From: an uncultured Candidatus Saccharimonadales bacterium
Lineage (GTDB): Bacteria > Patescibacteriota > Saccharimonadia > UBA4664
NCBI GenBank assembly: GCA_964467655.1
Contig: CAYXSN010000007.1
Coordinates: 682-64,681 of the forward strand
DNA: 64,000 bases
Reading direction: 5' to 3'
Shown piece after piece: positions 39,098 through 49,079 of the stretch. Both the position numbers and the translations under genes were made by a program. Position 1 is the first letter of the stretch; every line of letters starts with the position of its first letter. The notes beneath the pieces were generated by a model. That model was given only the letters and a program-made list of their open reading frames with translations, ran no database searches and had not been told where the DNA came from.

Positions 39098-40830
39098 GGC
39101 GCATATAGCTCGGCCGGATTGGTAGTGATAAGCGGGTGTTCCTTGGGCGACGCAATGACCCTGACAGCAACATGATTCTGGTCGGCAATAATCAGGGCAT
39201 CACCGCGTCCGCAAGTCAGTAAGAAACTCTCCTCATATTCGCTGAGATTGAATTCGGACGCGACACCTTTGATGGTTGTAGTGTCTTGTTTCATCAAGAT
39301 GCGCAGGCTACTTTGCGAGGCGATGGCACGGCCGTATTCACTATGCAGGAAGTCGTTCGCCTGCTGCGAAATGATGGATACGCCCAAGTAGTATTTGCGA
39401 GCACGTCGAACCAAACCAGATACAAAGCGGGCGCTTTCTTCATGCTCCAGCAGCATCCAGCCCTCGTCAATTACGAGCAACCGTTTTTCGGGCTTGGCCT
39501 TCACCTGATTCTGTACGAAGTTGGCGATAATCATCATCATGATCTGGCGCAGTGATTCGGGCAGGTCTTTGATGTCGAAGATAACCAGCCGGTTGTCTAG
39601 CTCGATATTCGTCTGGGCATTAAAGACGTGCGCCAATGTGCCGCTGATATATTTCTCTAGCCGTTCCCGTAGTTGGAGCTGGCCCAAATCCTTCAGCTCG
39701 GCATACAAGTCTTCAAGTAGTGGCGGTTCCTTTTTGGCTTTGGCGTAAATTTTTAAGATGGCTTTGTCTACGGCCGCCTTTTCGCGCGAGCTCAAGCCCT
39801 CGGCCATGAGCGAAATTACTTCGGTCAAATCCTGCGCATGCTCGGAAAGATCGCTTGCCGAGTGCGAGGTTGTGGCTAGATCGAACGGGTTGATCTTTTC
39901 GGCCGATTTTGCCGACAGTTTCACGTAGGTGCCGTTAACTGATTCTGCCAGGTTTTTGTACTCCCGCTCCGGGTCGATAACGATGACTTTGGTGCCTTGC
40001 ATGAGCTGACGCAAGATCTCAACCTTGGTGGCGTAGCTTTTGCCACTGCCGGATTGCGCAAATACGATGCTGTTGGCGTTATGTAGACTGAACCGATCAA
40101 GAATGACCAGCGAGTTGTTGGACTTATTGACACCGTATAAGATGCCTTTTTCCTGCACCAGCTCGGACGACATAAAGGGGAAGGCTAGTGCAGCCGATGA
40201 GCTGTCCAAGTTGCGCTTTTGGTTCAGGTCATCTTCGCCACGCGGCAAAACAGATTGCAGGCCCTCAAGCTGCTGGTAGCGTGCGGTCTTGATACTGAAT
40301 AGCCGCGCCGCTAGAGCGTTTTCGAGCATCTTGGTAACTTTGTTGAGCTCATCAAGCGAATCGGCCCGCAGGTTTACATAAATCGCCATCTGAAAGAGCT
40401 TTTCCTGGCCGCGCTGAATCTTGTCGCGCAACTCCATAGCCGATTCCAGCGGGTCAGTGATCTCGGAGCCGACAATCGCACCTTTGCGCATCATTGAGCG
40501 GCGGGTAGACTCTAGCTCGGTGATCTTGCGGTGCAGCTTTGGCAAAGCTAGCTGCGCATCAACTTCATGGATGTGGTAGGCGATGTCGGCGCTGTGGTTA
40601 AAGTGAATGAGGCTGTCGAGCCAGCCGGACGACGCCACAAACGGGTAGCCGGAAATAAACAGTGTACGGAGATACTGGCCGTCAAGCACTAAATGGTCGG
40701 CTTGTTCCTCCAGGCCCTCATACGAAAGGGCATCAACCTGGTCTTGCTCACCAAAGCTAAAAGCTAGCTCGCGCGGGCGTTCGTCTCGCCGCTTCTTCCA
40801 CTCGGCAATTTTTACCATAGGCTCGATCAT
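39094..40830 (-). CDS. virB4: VirB4-like conjugation ATPase
   Basis: AQSGSGKS, IDPEREY, INPFD, VIDEGW, RRARKY. Confidence 0.88.
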   Translation of the reverse strand: MIEPMVKIAEWKKRRDERPRELAFSFGEQDQVDALSYEGLEEQADHLVLDGQYLRTLFISGYPFVASSGWLDSLIHFNHSADIAYHIHEVDAQLALPKLHRKITELESTRRSMMRKGAIVGSEITDPLESAMELRDKIQRGQEKLFQMAIYVNLRADSLDELNKVTKMLENALAARLFSIKTARYQQLEGLQSVLPRGEDDLNQKRNLDSSSAALAFPFMSSELVQEKGILYGVNKSNNSLVILDRFSLHNANSIVFAQSGSGKSYATKVEILRQLMQGTKVIVIDPEREYKNLAESVNGTYVKLSAKSAEKINPFDLATTSHSASDLSEHAQDLTEVISLMAEGLSSREKAAVDKAILKIYAKAKKEPPLLEDLYAELKDLGQLQLRERLEKYISGTLAHVFNAQTNIELDNRLVIFDIKDLPESLRQIMMMIIANFVQNQVKAKPEKRLLVIDEGWMLLEHEESARFVSGLVRRARKYYLGVSIISQQANDFLHSEYGRAIASQSSLRILMKQDTTTIKGVASEFNLSEYEESFLLTCGRGDALIIADQNHVAVRVIASPKEHPLITTNPAELYAP

Positions 40831-41447
40831 GACTGCCCCTTTCGTATGTATGAGTTGTTAAGCAGCTCGGCAACCTGGTCGCTAATAGGCTGGCGCTTTG
40901 CCTGGGCAGGGTTGTAAAAGGTATGGAATAGATCAAGCAGCTCAAGATTGGCGAGCTGCCTTGTCCGGATTCCCAAGCGCATGAGCCCTTTGCTGACCAT
41001 ATCGGCATTAAGCGCTAATTGTTCTTTGGCGGTGTCGAAGTCACGGGCGGTATAAGGCAGGACGACATAGAAATGGCGCGACAGGATTCGGTTGTCTGCA
41101 ACCAGGCTTTGAACGAATTCCGTGTAGTTTTCGATTTGGTTGCGGTAAATTTCTTCCTTCTCGTCGTGCAGCAGCTCTTGGGTGTCGGCTAGGTACTTAT
41201 CCATATCCAGCTCGCGGATGCGAACGACGATCTCTAGCGGGCACGGCAACGAATCAAGAAAACTTTCGTACGTGTCAATGAGGGTATCCTGCTCCTCTTC
41301 GCTCTTGAGCTCGAAGTTAACCGGTGATACTTCAAGCACGACGCGGTATTGGTCACGGTGCAGCAAGAGCATATTGCTCTTAACGCCTTTGATATTAATT
41401 TGTTGCCGTGCCGAGGCTTTCGTCTGGGACTTCCGTAAGATGGACAC
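40827..41447 (-). CDS. Conjugation protein (VirB4-associated, TraC N-terminal-like)
   Basis: VSPVNFELKSEEEQ...FYVVLP; GTG start after AAGGAG. Confidence 0.65.
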   Translation of the reverse strand: MSILRKSQTKASARQQINIKGVKSNMLLLHRDQYRVVLEVSPVNFELKSEEEQDTLIDTYESFLDSLPCPLEIVVRIRELDMDKYLADTQELLHDEKEEIYRNQIENYTEFVQSLVADNRILSRHFYVVLPYTARDFDTAKEQLALNADMVSKGLMRLGIRTRQLANLELLDLFHTFYNPAQAKRQPISDQVAELLNNSYIRKGQS

Positions 41448-41931
41448 GCAGCTCTCCTTTCTTGTTTGTGGTGAAGTGAATATTTGCAGTGGGGTTGGCA
41501 AGCAGGTCTTCTATTCGCACACGCTCGGCGGTGGTCAAATTGGCTTTTCTTGTCAGTGCCATAATTGGGGCGGCTACTTCCTCGGCTGCATCTTCATCTG
41601 GTATCATCTGCGACAGGGCTTCTCGGGTGTTGGGATCGTTTTTGTTGAACAGATAGTATTTTGGTCGCGCATTGTAGCGGATCAGCGTGATAGCCCAAAA
41701 CAGCAGAATCTTGCCTTTGATCCGGATTGCTAATAGTGCACTGAGCGACGCGACACAGATAATCAGCACGAGCTTGTAGATCGCGTAGTTAAAGAAGGGC
41801 GGCAAGATCACAAATATGGCGCTCCCGCCAAATATGGGTGATACCAGTAGCAAGAGCTGCGACAACCCAAGTCTGCCTGCAATCCTATCTTCGACAGTGG
41901 TGATCTGAGATGGAACAATGGTGGTTCTCAT
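41395..41931 (-). CDS. PrgI-like (VirB3-like) membrane protein
   Basis: VPSQITTVEDRIAGRLGLSQL then two TM helices. Confidence 0.7.
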   Translation of the reverse strand: MRTTIVPSQITTVEDRIAGRLGLSQLLLLVSPIFGGSAIFVILPPFFNYAIYKLVLIICVASLSALLAIRIKGKILLFWAITLIRYNARPKYYLFNKNDPNTREALSQMIPDEDAAEEVAAPIMALTRKANLTTAERVRIEDLLANPTANIHFTTNKKGELRVHLTEVPDESLGTATN

Positions 41932-43430
41932 TGCCGCTTCCTTCCTTTTGTTGACGGTTTATCTCCAGCATGGCTCGGGCCATCGGCGGCGGGCGTCTTG
42001 CCCGGACGGCTCGTTACCTGCGAGGTTTCGCCGGTGCTAAGCCCGGTTGATTTTGCGCGCGACCTGGTCGAATTGCGGTCGGCTGAAGAGTTGTTACCAG
42101 AGCGGTTCGTGTCGTCATTGCCATAGACTGGCTTCTTCGAACGCTTCTTCTGTGTGGTTTCCTCGCTGCTATTTTCGTCTTCTTCACTTCCGCCACTGCG
42201 TCGCTTTCGCCGACGCGGCCTGCGGAGATGCTCAAGGTAGCTCACGCCTCGTATGAACGACCCGGCCATCTCTCGCGCGGCATGGGGAGTGCTGGCGGCG
42301 TGCGACAACTCTTGCATGACTCCTTGCGTTTTGAGCAAGGCCAGCACGGTAGCTAGGCCTACGATGAGTGCCATAAGGGTATTTGGCTGACCGGCAGTAC
42401 TGTTTTGTAACATACCGCTAAAGATCGATGAAGCCAGCTGCATAATCACTACCTGGACAAACAGTACGAAAATAGTCATCAGGTAGGTTTTGAGTGCGCT
42501 GATTGCAAAATCCTTAAAAGCTGGCAGCAAGTACAGCAGCGCGACGATGGGTGATAATATCGCGCCAATGTAGAGCGTAATCAGACGCATAACGTAGTAA
42601 ACGAGCAACATGACCGTCAGGACTAAAAAGGCGAGCATGACCAGCAGCCCACCCAAGCCAAGGTCAGTTGATTTCTTGGTTATATCCGAGAGTAAATCCC
42701 AGATTGAGGTACTCGGAAAACCGGCTTGCAGCGCATGCACCATGCCATTAGATAGCCCAATGACCGCATCGATGGCAAACAGTGATGTATTCATGAGCAG
42801 GAACACAAACACTAGCTGTGGCAGAATTTGCTTGATGTCGAGTTCTTCAAAGCCAAAGGTGCTGAAGCTCATAACGTGGAAGCCGAGCAGGGCAACCACT
42901 AGGACAAACAACGCATCAGCAATGCCCACGACGGCTAGCCATAGGTTGAATACGTTCGAGTTTTCTCCCATAAGCGGCGTGCTGTTTGTAAAGTAGCCAA
43001 GCGCTTGCACAAAAGGCTCGCCGATTGACTTTATGATGTTCTGAATGACATGGATGATCGCCTTGGTAACAACATCGAAGAGGCTGGTTGAGGTGTCTTG
43101 CTGGATCGGTGCGAGCGTTGGTAGCCTATCGGTGACTGTACCGACCGATGAGCTATAAGCGTGGCTCAAAATTGCTGTGAGCGTCGCGGCTGCAATTACC
43201 AGCACCAGCCCAATGAGAGCATTCTTGATGATGCGCTTGGCGTGTTCCAGGTTCTCGGGCTTGCCTTTACTGGCCATGTATTCGATACCGCCAGTAACCA
43301 GGAAAAACGTCGAAACGAGCGTGGCAATAATGCAGAGGGTTGCAATCGCCGGGTTTAAAAACGACCGCATAGCATTAGATGCGGCTGTTGCGTCTGCGAA
43401 CAGTGCTATAGGCAGGCCAGCATGGAACAT
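41928..43430 (-). CDS. VirB6/TrbL-like polytopic membrane protein with N-terminal pilin-like segment
   Basis: GGIEYMASKGKPENLEHAK, multiple TMs, RLITLYIGAILSPI. Confidence 0.7.
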   Translation of the reverse strand: MFHAGLPIALFADATAASNAMRSFLNPAIATLCIIATLVSTFFLVTGGIEYMASKGKPENLEHAKRIIKNALIGLVLVIAAATLTAILSHAYSSSVGTVTDRLPTLAPIQQDTSTSLFDVVTKAIIHVIQNIIKSIGEPFVQALGYFTNSTPLMGENSNVFNLWLAVVGIADALFVLVVALLGFHVMSFSTFGFEELDIKQILPQLVFVFLLMNTSLFAIDAVIGLSNGMVHALQAGFPSTSIWDLLSDITKKSTDLGLGGLLVMLAFLVLTVMLLVYYVMRLITLYIGAILSPIVALLYLLPAFKDFAISALKTYLMTIFVLFVQVVIMQLASSIFSGMLQNSTAGQPNTLMALIVGLATVLALLKTQGVMQELSHAASTPHAAREMAGSFIRGVSYLEHLRRPRRRKRRSGGSEEDENSSEETTQKKRSKKPVYGNDDTNRSGNNSSADRNSTRSRAKSTGLSTGETSQVTSRPGKTPAADGPSHAGDKPSTKGRKRQ

Positions 43431-43433
43431 AGC

Positions 43434-43775
43434 CTATTTCCCGAACGCGCTTGTCGCCAAATCTGTCACGATGTTGCTGATTACGAAGGCGGCAATAACT
43501 ATCGCTAGGCCGATGCCGGAGTAGAGCAGGGTGTGCTTTGACCGCTCCAAGTGCTCGGGGTTGCCCGAACTGGTGATATAACCCAGACCACCGACAACAA
43601 AAAAGCCGGTCGCTACCAGACCGGCGAGGCCCGAAATGACCTTAATCACACTTTTGATAAATGTTTCAACCTGAGCGACGCCAGCGTCGGCGGCAAAAGC
43701 TGGGTGCGCCAGAACGAGCGGTGCGCCCAATGCCACGACAAGTATCACGATTTTTATATCTTTGAGTCGGCTCAC
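43434..43775 (-). CDS. VirB2/TrbC-like conjugative pilin
   Basis: PAFA signal, GGLGYITSSGNPEHLERSK..LLYSGIGL. Confidence 0.75.
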   Translation of the reverse strand: MSRLKDIKIVILVVALGAPLVLAHPAFAADAGVAQVETFIKSVIKVISGLAGLVATGFFVVGGLGYITSSGNPEHLERSKHTLLYSGIGLAIVIAAFVISNIVTDLATSAFGK

Positions 43776-43893
43776 GACAAACCCCCGCTCCGTTCTTTTA
43801 AGTCACTATCTCACTACATATACAACAGACAGTTTACACATGGTAAATATTATTTCAAAGCATAAGCAAAATTCTTAATGTATAATCTGTAAC

Positions 43894-44325
43894 ATGTACA
43901 AGCGATTTCTGGAGAAGCTTCGGAGAACTGACCGCAAGAAGCGGGGCGTAGTTCTTGGCGCAGCAGGCCTGGCGGTGATTATAATTGTCCTGTTGCTAGC
44001 ACAGCTTGCCCGGCCTGAACGCTCAGTAGCCGCGTACTGCAAGGTCTACAAGCAGGAAAAGACCCGACTCAGCGCTATGTCCAGTAACTCCAACCCCTAC
44101 CCATCGGGTGTATTCGACGTAAGTGTCACTGACGCAGCACAGATCGCTACCTCGTTCGGCAAGCTCGACCCGGTCGCACCCAAAGAAGTTGAGCCAGAGG
44201 TAAACAGCCTTCAAAAGCTCTACCAGGACATGCACGATAACCCCTCGCACGCAATTAACAATGCCCTCAACGGCGCGTCACTGGATGATAACTTAAAGAC
44301 TTGGACTGAGGCACGATGCAAATGA
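43894..44325 (+). CDS. Hypothetical membrane-anchored protein
   Basis: Basic N-terminus, TM, two Cys; TATAAT 7 nt before ATG. Confidence 0.65.
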   Translation: MYKRFLEKLRRTDRKKRGVVLGAAGLAVIIIVLLLAQLARPERSVAAYCKVYKQEKTRLSAMSSNSNPYPSGVFDVSVTDAAQIATSFGKLDPVAPKEVEPEVNSLQKLYQDMHDNPSHAINNALNGASLDDNLKTWTEARCK

Positions 44326-45167
44326 ATGACGGTGGCCTAGACAGGGGTGGCATTAATGGCGATATTACTCCGCCTGAACCGGGGAAATTGGCAAAGGGAG
44401 GCCAATATGGGCTTGAGATTGCCGGTGGCCTAGTGCCTTTCGTCGGTGGGGTTCTCTCGGCAACTGCATCGGCTTGGTCGGGTAAAGACCAAGAGCACAT
44501 CAATGATTTTTTCACTCATTGGATACAAATGCTCCGTGACGAAATCCTAGAGAAAGAGCGAACGATTATCGAGATCGCACAACGACTGGACTTACAGGAT
44601 CAAAAAATCGTCGAGCGCATGGAGAGCAAAGCCTACCAATCTATTCTCAAGAAAGCGTTTCGAGAGTGGTCTGCTGCCGAAAGTGATAATAAACGGGAAT
44701 ATGTCCGGAACATATTAGCAAATGCAGCGGCAACGGCTATGGTTAGCGACGATGTTATTAAATTGTTCCTCGACTGGCTGAAGGTTTACTCAGAGTTCCA
44801 TTTTCAGGTTATCAGTGCCGTTTATAACGAAAATGGAATTACGCGCGGAGGTATATGGAAAAAGCTAGGTAGGGAATCTGTGAGGGAGGACTCTGCGGAC
44901 GCAGATCTGTACAAATTGCTAATTCGCGACCTGAGCACTGGGGGCATTATCAGGCAGCACGTTGAACGGGACTACTACGGTAATCCGATTCGGCGTGCTG
45001 CGGTCAGGAGACCTAAGGGTTCTGGGCCACAACCGCCTGTGTCGGCCTTTGACGATAAAGAGCCTTACGAGCTGACGGAGTTGGGCCAGCAATTTGTACA
45101 CTATGCTATGACCGATTTGCCCCTGCGCATAGAAGCGCCCAGTGAGCCCATGTCGGCAGAAGCCTAG
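44316..45167 (+). CDS. Hypothetical protein, possibly Abi-alpha/DUF4393-like
   Basis: VPFVGG N-terminus, helical core, wHTH-like YELTELGQQFV end. Confidence 0.5.
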   Translation: MQMNDGGLDRGGINGDITPPEPGKLAKGGQYGLEIAGGLVPFVGGVLSATASAWSGKDQEHINDFFTHWIQMLRDEILEKERTIIEIAQRLDLQDQKIVERMESKAYQSILKKAFREWSAAESDNKREYVRNILANAAATAMVSDDVIKLFLDWLKVYSEFHFQVISAVYNENGITRGGIWKKLGRESVREDSADADLYKLLIRDLSTGGIIRQHVERDYYGNPIRRAAVRRPKGSGPQPPVSAFDDKEPYELTELGQQFVHYAMTDLPLRIEAPSEPMSAEA

Positions 45168-45170
45168 CCT

Positions 45171-46142
45171 ATGATTTTTCCGACATTGTTTAGCCCCCTA
45201 AAAACCATAACCTTACCCGATGGGCTGTGTGTCCGTCCGTTAAGCCGCGGCACCCTAAAAGAGAAACATAGCTCGTTGTATTTAGATGCGATTATGTTGG
45301 AGGGGTATGAGAAGACCGATGGTTCTATTAAGAGTTGGGTTATATTCCACACGTTTATCTTAAATAGCAAGCATACGGCAGAACAATATGAGTGGTCATA
45401 TGGCGGCGGCAGGGATTTCGATTTAACCGACGACAAGCTTGCGAATCAGGTGGATTACGATCATATTTTGCCGTGGGTGTACTTTCACGGCAACGAGGCC
45501 GTAATAGGCGAAAAGGACGACAGCTATGCTGAACTTTATCAGAAGTATAAGGTGTTGCCAGCCGAGAAAATAGGCGTCATTCGCAACTATCTAAACGACT
45601 TTGGCAAGGCGTCCAGGGCGCGTACTATCAATCGTTCAATCAGCGATCCGTCCTATTGGCAGATGATGGTTTACTACTCGATTATTGAGAACATACTGGG
45701 CAGACAGACATTTTGTGGCGAGCAACATCAATGCGAAAAATGCGGTACTGCCAATATCTGCCACTATCCTACGTCCCCATTCGAGTGGACGAAAAACAGG
45801 CTCATAGAAATTACTGGCAGCGACGAAATCGCTGAAGCATATAGAGCTGTCATATGGGCTTTTCGGCAGAAGATTCGTCATGATACGGTTCATAGCGCAT
45901 TGACTCCAAGTGCAAGGGAGGGCTTGCCGCAAGATGAAGACAGGGTGCTATTTGACTTGGAACGTTCAATAGGCAATTACAAAACAGACCATCATGCTGT
46001 AGAGTCGCTTACTTGTATGCTTGCCGATATTGCACGGTTTTTATTGCTAGATGATATATATCAACTAGGAATATTCCCGGAACCGCGGCCGCTGGGAGTC
46101 GTGACGTTAAGGCAACCAGGCGTGGCGGTACGTGGCATCTGA
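45171..46142 (+). CDS. HEPN (ApeA/MauJ-like) domain protein
   Basis: YSIIE helix, CEKC, RHDTVH (RxxxxH). Confidence 0.55.
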   Translation: MIFPTLFSPLKTITLPDGLCVRPLSRGTLKEKHSSLYLDAIMLEGYEKTDGSIKSWVIFHTFILNSKHTAEQYEWSYGGGRDFDLTDDKLANQVDYDHILPWVYFHGNEAVIGEKDDSYAELYQKYKVLPAEKIGVIRNYLNDFGKASRARTINRSISDPSYWQMMVYYSIIENILGRQTFCGEQHQCEKCGTANICHYPTSPFEWTKNRLIEITGSDEIAEAYRAVIWAFRQKIRHDTVHSALTPSAREGLPQDEDRVLFDLERSIGNYKTDHHAVESLTCMLADIARFLLLDDIYQLGIFPEPRPLGVVTLRQPGVAVRGI

Positions 46143-46195
46143 TACGGCGAACCCCATAATGGTGTGCATTCATGTCGCAATGTCCTTGTCGAACG

Positions 46196-46744
46196 TCACG
46201 ACCCCTTATTGGCTAAAAAGCCTTCGAGTTTCTTCAGGCCAATTCTTCGAAGCGAATAGGTAATCTGCTCTTCTTCGTTCATCTCGCCCCAGGTCTTATC
46301 TTGTCCATCGGGAACAAAGATGCCATCCGTGCCATAGCCGTTATCGCCGCGCAGCTCATGGGCAATGGTACCCTTCATGATTCCATCAAAGATCTCCACG
46401 CCATTTTCGTCGCAATAACCAAAACACGTTTGCGCATAAGCCACGCGGGACGAGTAATGATTGAGCAACCGACATAGTCCTTGTACTTGCAGTTCCTGCA
46501 GAAACCACTTAATGAGCGGGCCGGGTAACCTCCCAAGCGCTTCAAAGCGAAGAGAAAAATCTTCAACTAGGACGGGTCTTTGTAGTATCCGATAGGCTTC
46601 TTCTGCCTTAATCTTAACGACATCATGCGGGTTAAGTGATTGGATTTCAGGTAAATCAAGTTTATGGTGCCTTACCGGATAACCGAGATGCCATGATATC
46701 TCCTCGGCCTTTTTGGCATGACTAGTAATAAATGTGATGTCCAT
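46196..46744 (-). CDS. Non-canonical purine NTP pyrophosphatase (Ham1/ITPase family)
   Basis: FITSHAKK, LPEIQ, VLVED, LPGPLIKWF, RGDNGYG. Confidence 0.88.
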   Translation of the reverse strand: MDITFITSHAKKAEEISWHLGYPVRHHKLDLPEIQSLNPHDVVKIKAEEAYRILQRPVLVEDFSLRFEALGRLPGPLIKWFLQELQVQGLCRLLNHYSSRVAYAQTCFGYCDENGVEIFDGIMKGTIAHELRGDNGYGTDGIFVPDGQDKTWGEMNEEEQITYSLRRIGLKKLEGFLANKGS

Positions 46745-46747
46745 GGA

Positions 46748-47464
46748 TTATACCTCCGGCTGGAATTTATTCCGGCTCCAGTTCCACAATGCCGGATGGA
46801 CTCGGGAAGGGTTAATACCACTACCGCGCAGAAGTTCTTTCCATGCGGACTCAACCTCAAGTGGGGTTGCGCCTACTGGTGTAATACCGAGATATGCACT
46901 GCACTGCAACACATGAGTGTCGGGGATAATAGAAATTTCCTGAGCATTTTTGAACATTACGTCAGTATAGAGCGACAAAATAAAAGGCCAGTAGTTGGAG
47001 AGCTTCGGGCCCGAAAGATAAGGAAACCGCTTTCGATGAGTCTTTTGTAAAAGCGTAATAAGTTGACCTGCGTCACTCTCGGCCTCTTTGATGATATTTC
47101 GTGGGTCATCCTCGTAATACTCATGGAGCGTTTGCGCAATGGTTGTCCATATCAAGGTGTGCTTATTTGGCTGTAGTGCAAGTTTGTGCGCAGTAAGATC
47201 ACGGCGAGCTTGCTCTGGTGACGTTTCGGCTAGACGTTCTGGGGAAAAGACGTACCGCGTTGCTTCGTCATTCCAGGTTGCCAGCGCGGCAGCCCACATA
47301 GCTGGTGAACTACGCTGAAAGTTAATGCAAACGGGGAGGGTGAAGTATAAGTAATTTTCGCGGCTGCCTTTTGGTAACCCTGGGTTAACTTCGTGTTGCG
47401 CGAGCGTAGGTATTAAGCCTTGTTCGTATAAGGCCAGTAGGCGCTTTACTTTGTCTAGTTGCAT
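46748..47464 (-). CDS. Hypothetical protein, HhH-GPD glycosylase-like
   Basis: FPYLSGPKLSNY and IIPDTHV resemble HhH and GPD-Asp motifs. Confidence 0.45.
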   Translation of the reverse strand: MQLDKVKRLLALYEQGLIPTLAQHEVNPGLPKGSRENYLYFTLPVCINFQRSSPAMWAAALATWNDEATRYVFSPERLAETSPEQARRDLTAHKLALQPNKHTLIWTTIAQTLHEYYEDDPRNIIKEAESDAGQLITLLQKTHRKRFPYLSGPKLSNYWPFILSLYTDVMFKNAQEISIIPDTHVLQCSAYLGITPVGATPLEVESAWKELLRGSGINPSRVHPALWNWSRNKFQPEV

Positions 47465-47599
47465 AGCTTTATTGTACCTTTCTTGGTGACTTCTGGTACA
47501 GTCAGGCGTCTTCTGGAAGATAGTGCCAAGGCGCCCTGACGATCACTGGCGAATGCGGTGTCGGGTGTGCTCGAAACGCGGCAACATTAAGCTTGTCGT

Positions 47600-48052
47600 C
47601 TATTGCAGCAAGAAATGGCTCTTGAAACTAAAATGTTCGTTGGTAGTAATGATTAGATGGTCTCGTAAGGTGACGCCCAAGATCTGGCCTGCCGCTGCGA
47701 GCTGCTGCGTTACGTCAATATCTGCTTTGCTTGGCTGAGGTGAGCCTGAGGGGTGGTTATGCGCAACTATGACCGCTGCCGCTCGGTCTGTTAGCGGCCC
47801 AGCAAACACTTCTCTCGGATGAATTAATGCGCTTTCGAGTGTGCCGATAGTCACTACTCGTCGCGCGATGAGCCTGTGACCACTGTCTAACGAAAGAGAA
47901 ATCACGTGCTCCTGCTTTTTGTCGCGGAAATGCTCAAGGTATTTCAGAATATCAGGAGTGGTGCGCACGGGCTTGCTAACTGGTGGTACATAGGGGTTCT
48001 GGCATACGGGGCACACCTGGTCATCCCTGCAAACCTTTAGGTTGTCAGCCAT
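47600..48052 (-). CDS. RadC-like JAB domain protein
   Basis: HPREVF, AHNHPSG...S.AD, DHLII. Confidence 0.9.
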   Translation of the reverse strand: MADNLKVCRDDQVCPVCQNPYVPPVSKPVRTTPDILKYLEHFRDKKQEHVISLSLDSGHRLIARRVVTIGTLESALIHPREVFAGPLTDRAAAVIVAHNHPSGSPQPSKADIDVTQQLAAAGQILGVTLRDHLIITTNEHFSFKSHFLLQ

Positions 48053-48479
48053 AGATTACGATTAACCCATCGCTGGGCATCCAACTAGTTAAAAGATGTA
48101 GTTTTATGCGACTAAACTCGTAGGTGATATAAGCGGTCTGGCATATTGAGGATGTCGCCACGAAGTCGTCAGCTGTAGCAAACGTTATATCTGCCGAGAG
48201 CATATCTTCAGGCGGCTTTGCTGAAAACCGCACGCTCTGCATGTGCGATAGCTGGTCATGCATTTTATCCGTGTATTCGCGGTTTAGAGTTCTGGTGCAC
48301 TCAGTTTGGTACTGGTGCTCTAGCTTGAGCCACTGTTTTTTAACGGCGGCCATCATGCCGGGTGGGTTATCTGTTACGACAATGGCACCACCGCGCCGAT
48401 TGGCAAAGTGACGAGCAACATCCTTGGAAAGAGATTGGCCCGGAGCCACATGTCTCTGTTCAACCCTAAGCCCGTGCAT
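48045..48479 (-). CDS. Hypothetical protein
   Basis: GAGG RBS, overlaps JAB gene start. Confidence 0.65.
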   Translation of the reverse strand: MHGLRVEQRHVAPGQSLSKDVARHFANRRGGAIVVTDNPPGMMAAVKKQWLKLEHQYQTECTRTLNREYTDKMHDQLSHMQSVRFSAKPPEDMLSADITFATADDFVATSSICQTAYITYEFSRIKLHLLTSWMPSDGLIVIYG

Positions 48480-48770
48480 CGCCTACCTCAGTGGCTATGC
48501 TTTGGTTCCAAAAAATGAGCAAAATAAATACAGCCCGCACGGCTGCATATTGCCGGTTTGTCATAATTTCCTAGCTTGGATTTATACTTGTATCTGGACA
48601 CACAGAACCCGCCGCCAGCGGGTTTGCACCCCATGACCCTTTCGAGCCATGACCAAGCTAAGATGCTGAACGACGGGATCAGTACCTAGCTTGGCTTTTA
48701 GACCATGCCATTGCAAGCAATGGTTTAGGTCTTTGAATTGTCCGCCCTTTTGAATTGTGGGCTTATACCT

Positions 48771-48799
48771 AATATATGATACCGGCTTGATAATGACAA
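48771..48799 (-). promoter_or_regulatory. Sigma70-type promoter driving leftward operon
   Basis: TTGTCA-N17-TATATT on minus strand. Confidence 0.6.
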
Positions 48800-48802
48800 G
48801 CC

Positions 48803-48836
48803 CTAACATTTGTTAGTGGTTGCTAACTTATGTTAG
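48803..48836. promoter_or_regulatory. Two palindromic operators CTAAC-N4-GTTAG
   Basis: CTAACATTTGTTAG (48803-48816) and CTAACTTATGTTAG (48823-48836) directly upstream of XRE gene. Confidence 0.65.
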
Positions 48837-48852
48837 TCCTACGCTTAATATA

Positions 48853-49077
48853 ATGACAAAACGAATCGACACGATTTACAAGGAAATCGGCAAGCGCATA
48901 TCAAGCGCTCGTGCTAAGCGTGGTTGGACGCAGGAAAAGTTGGCAGCCGAAAGTGAAGTCGCCAGTGCGCACATTGGCTTCATCGAACAGGGGCGCAGGC
49001 GGCCAACGGTCACGACCTTGCACAAATTAGCAACGGCACTCAATACAACTCTCGAAGAACTGTTTAAGGGGTTGTAG
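48853..49077 (+). CDS. XRE-family HTH regulator
   Basis: RAKRGWTQEKLA...IEQGRRRPT..TLHKLA. Confidence 0.9.
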   Translation: MTKRIDTIYKEIGKRISSARAKRGWTQEKLAAESEVASAHIGFIEQGRRRPTVTTLHKLATALNTTLEELFKGL

Positions 49078-49079
49078 CC

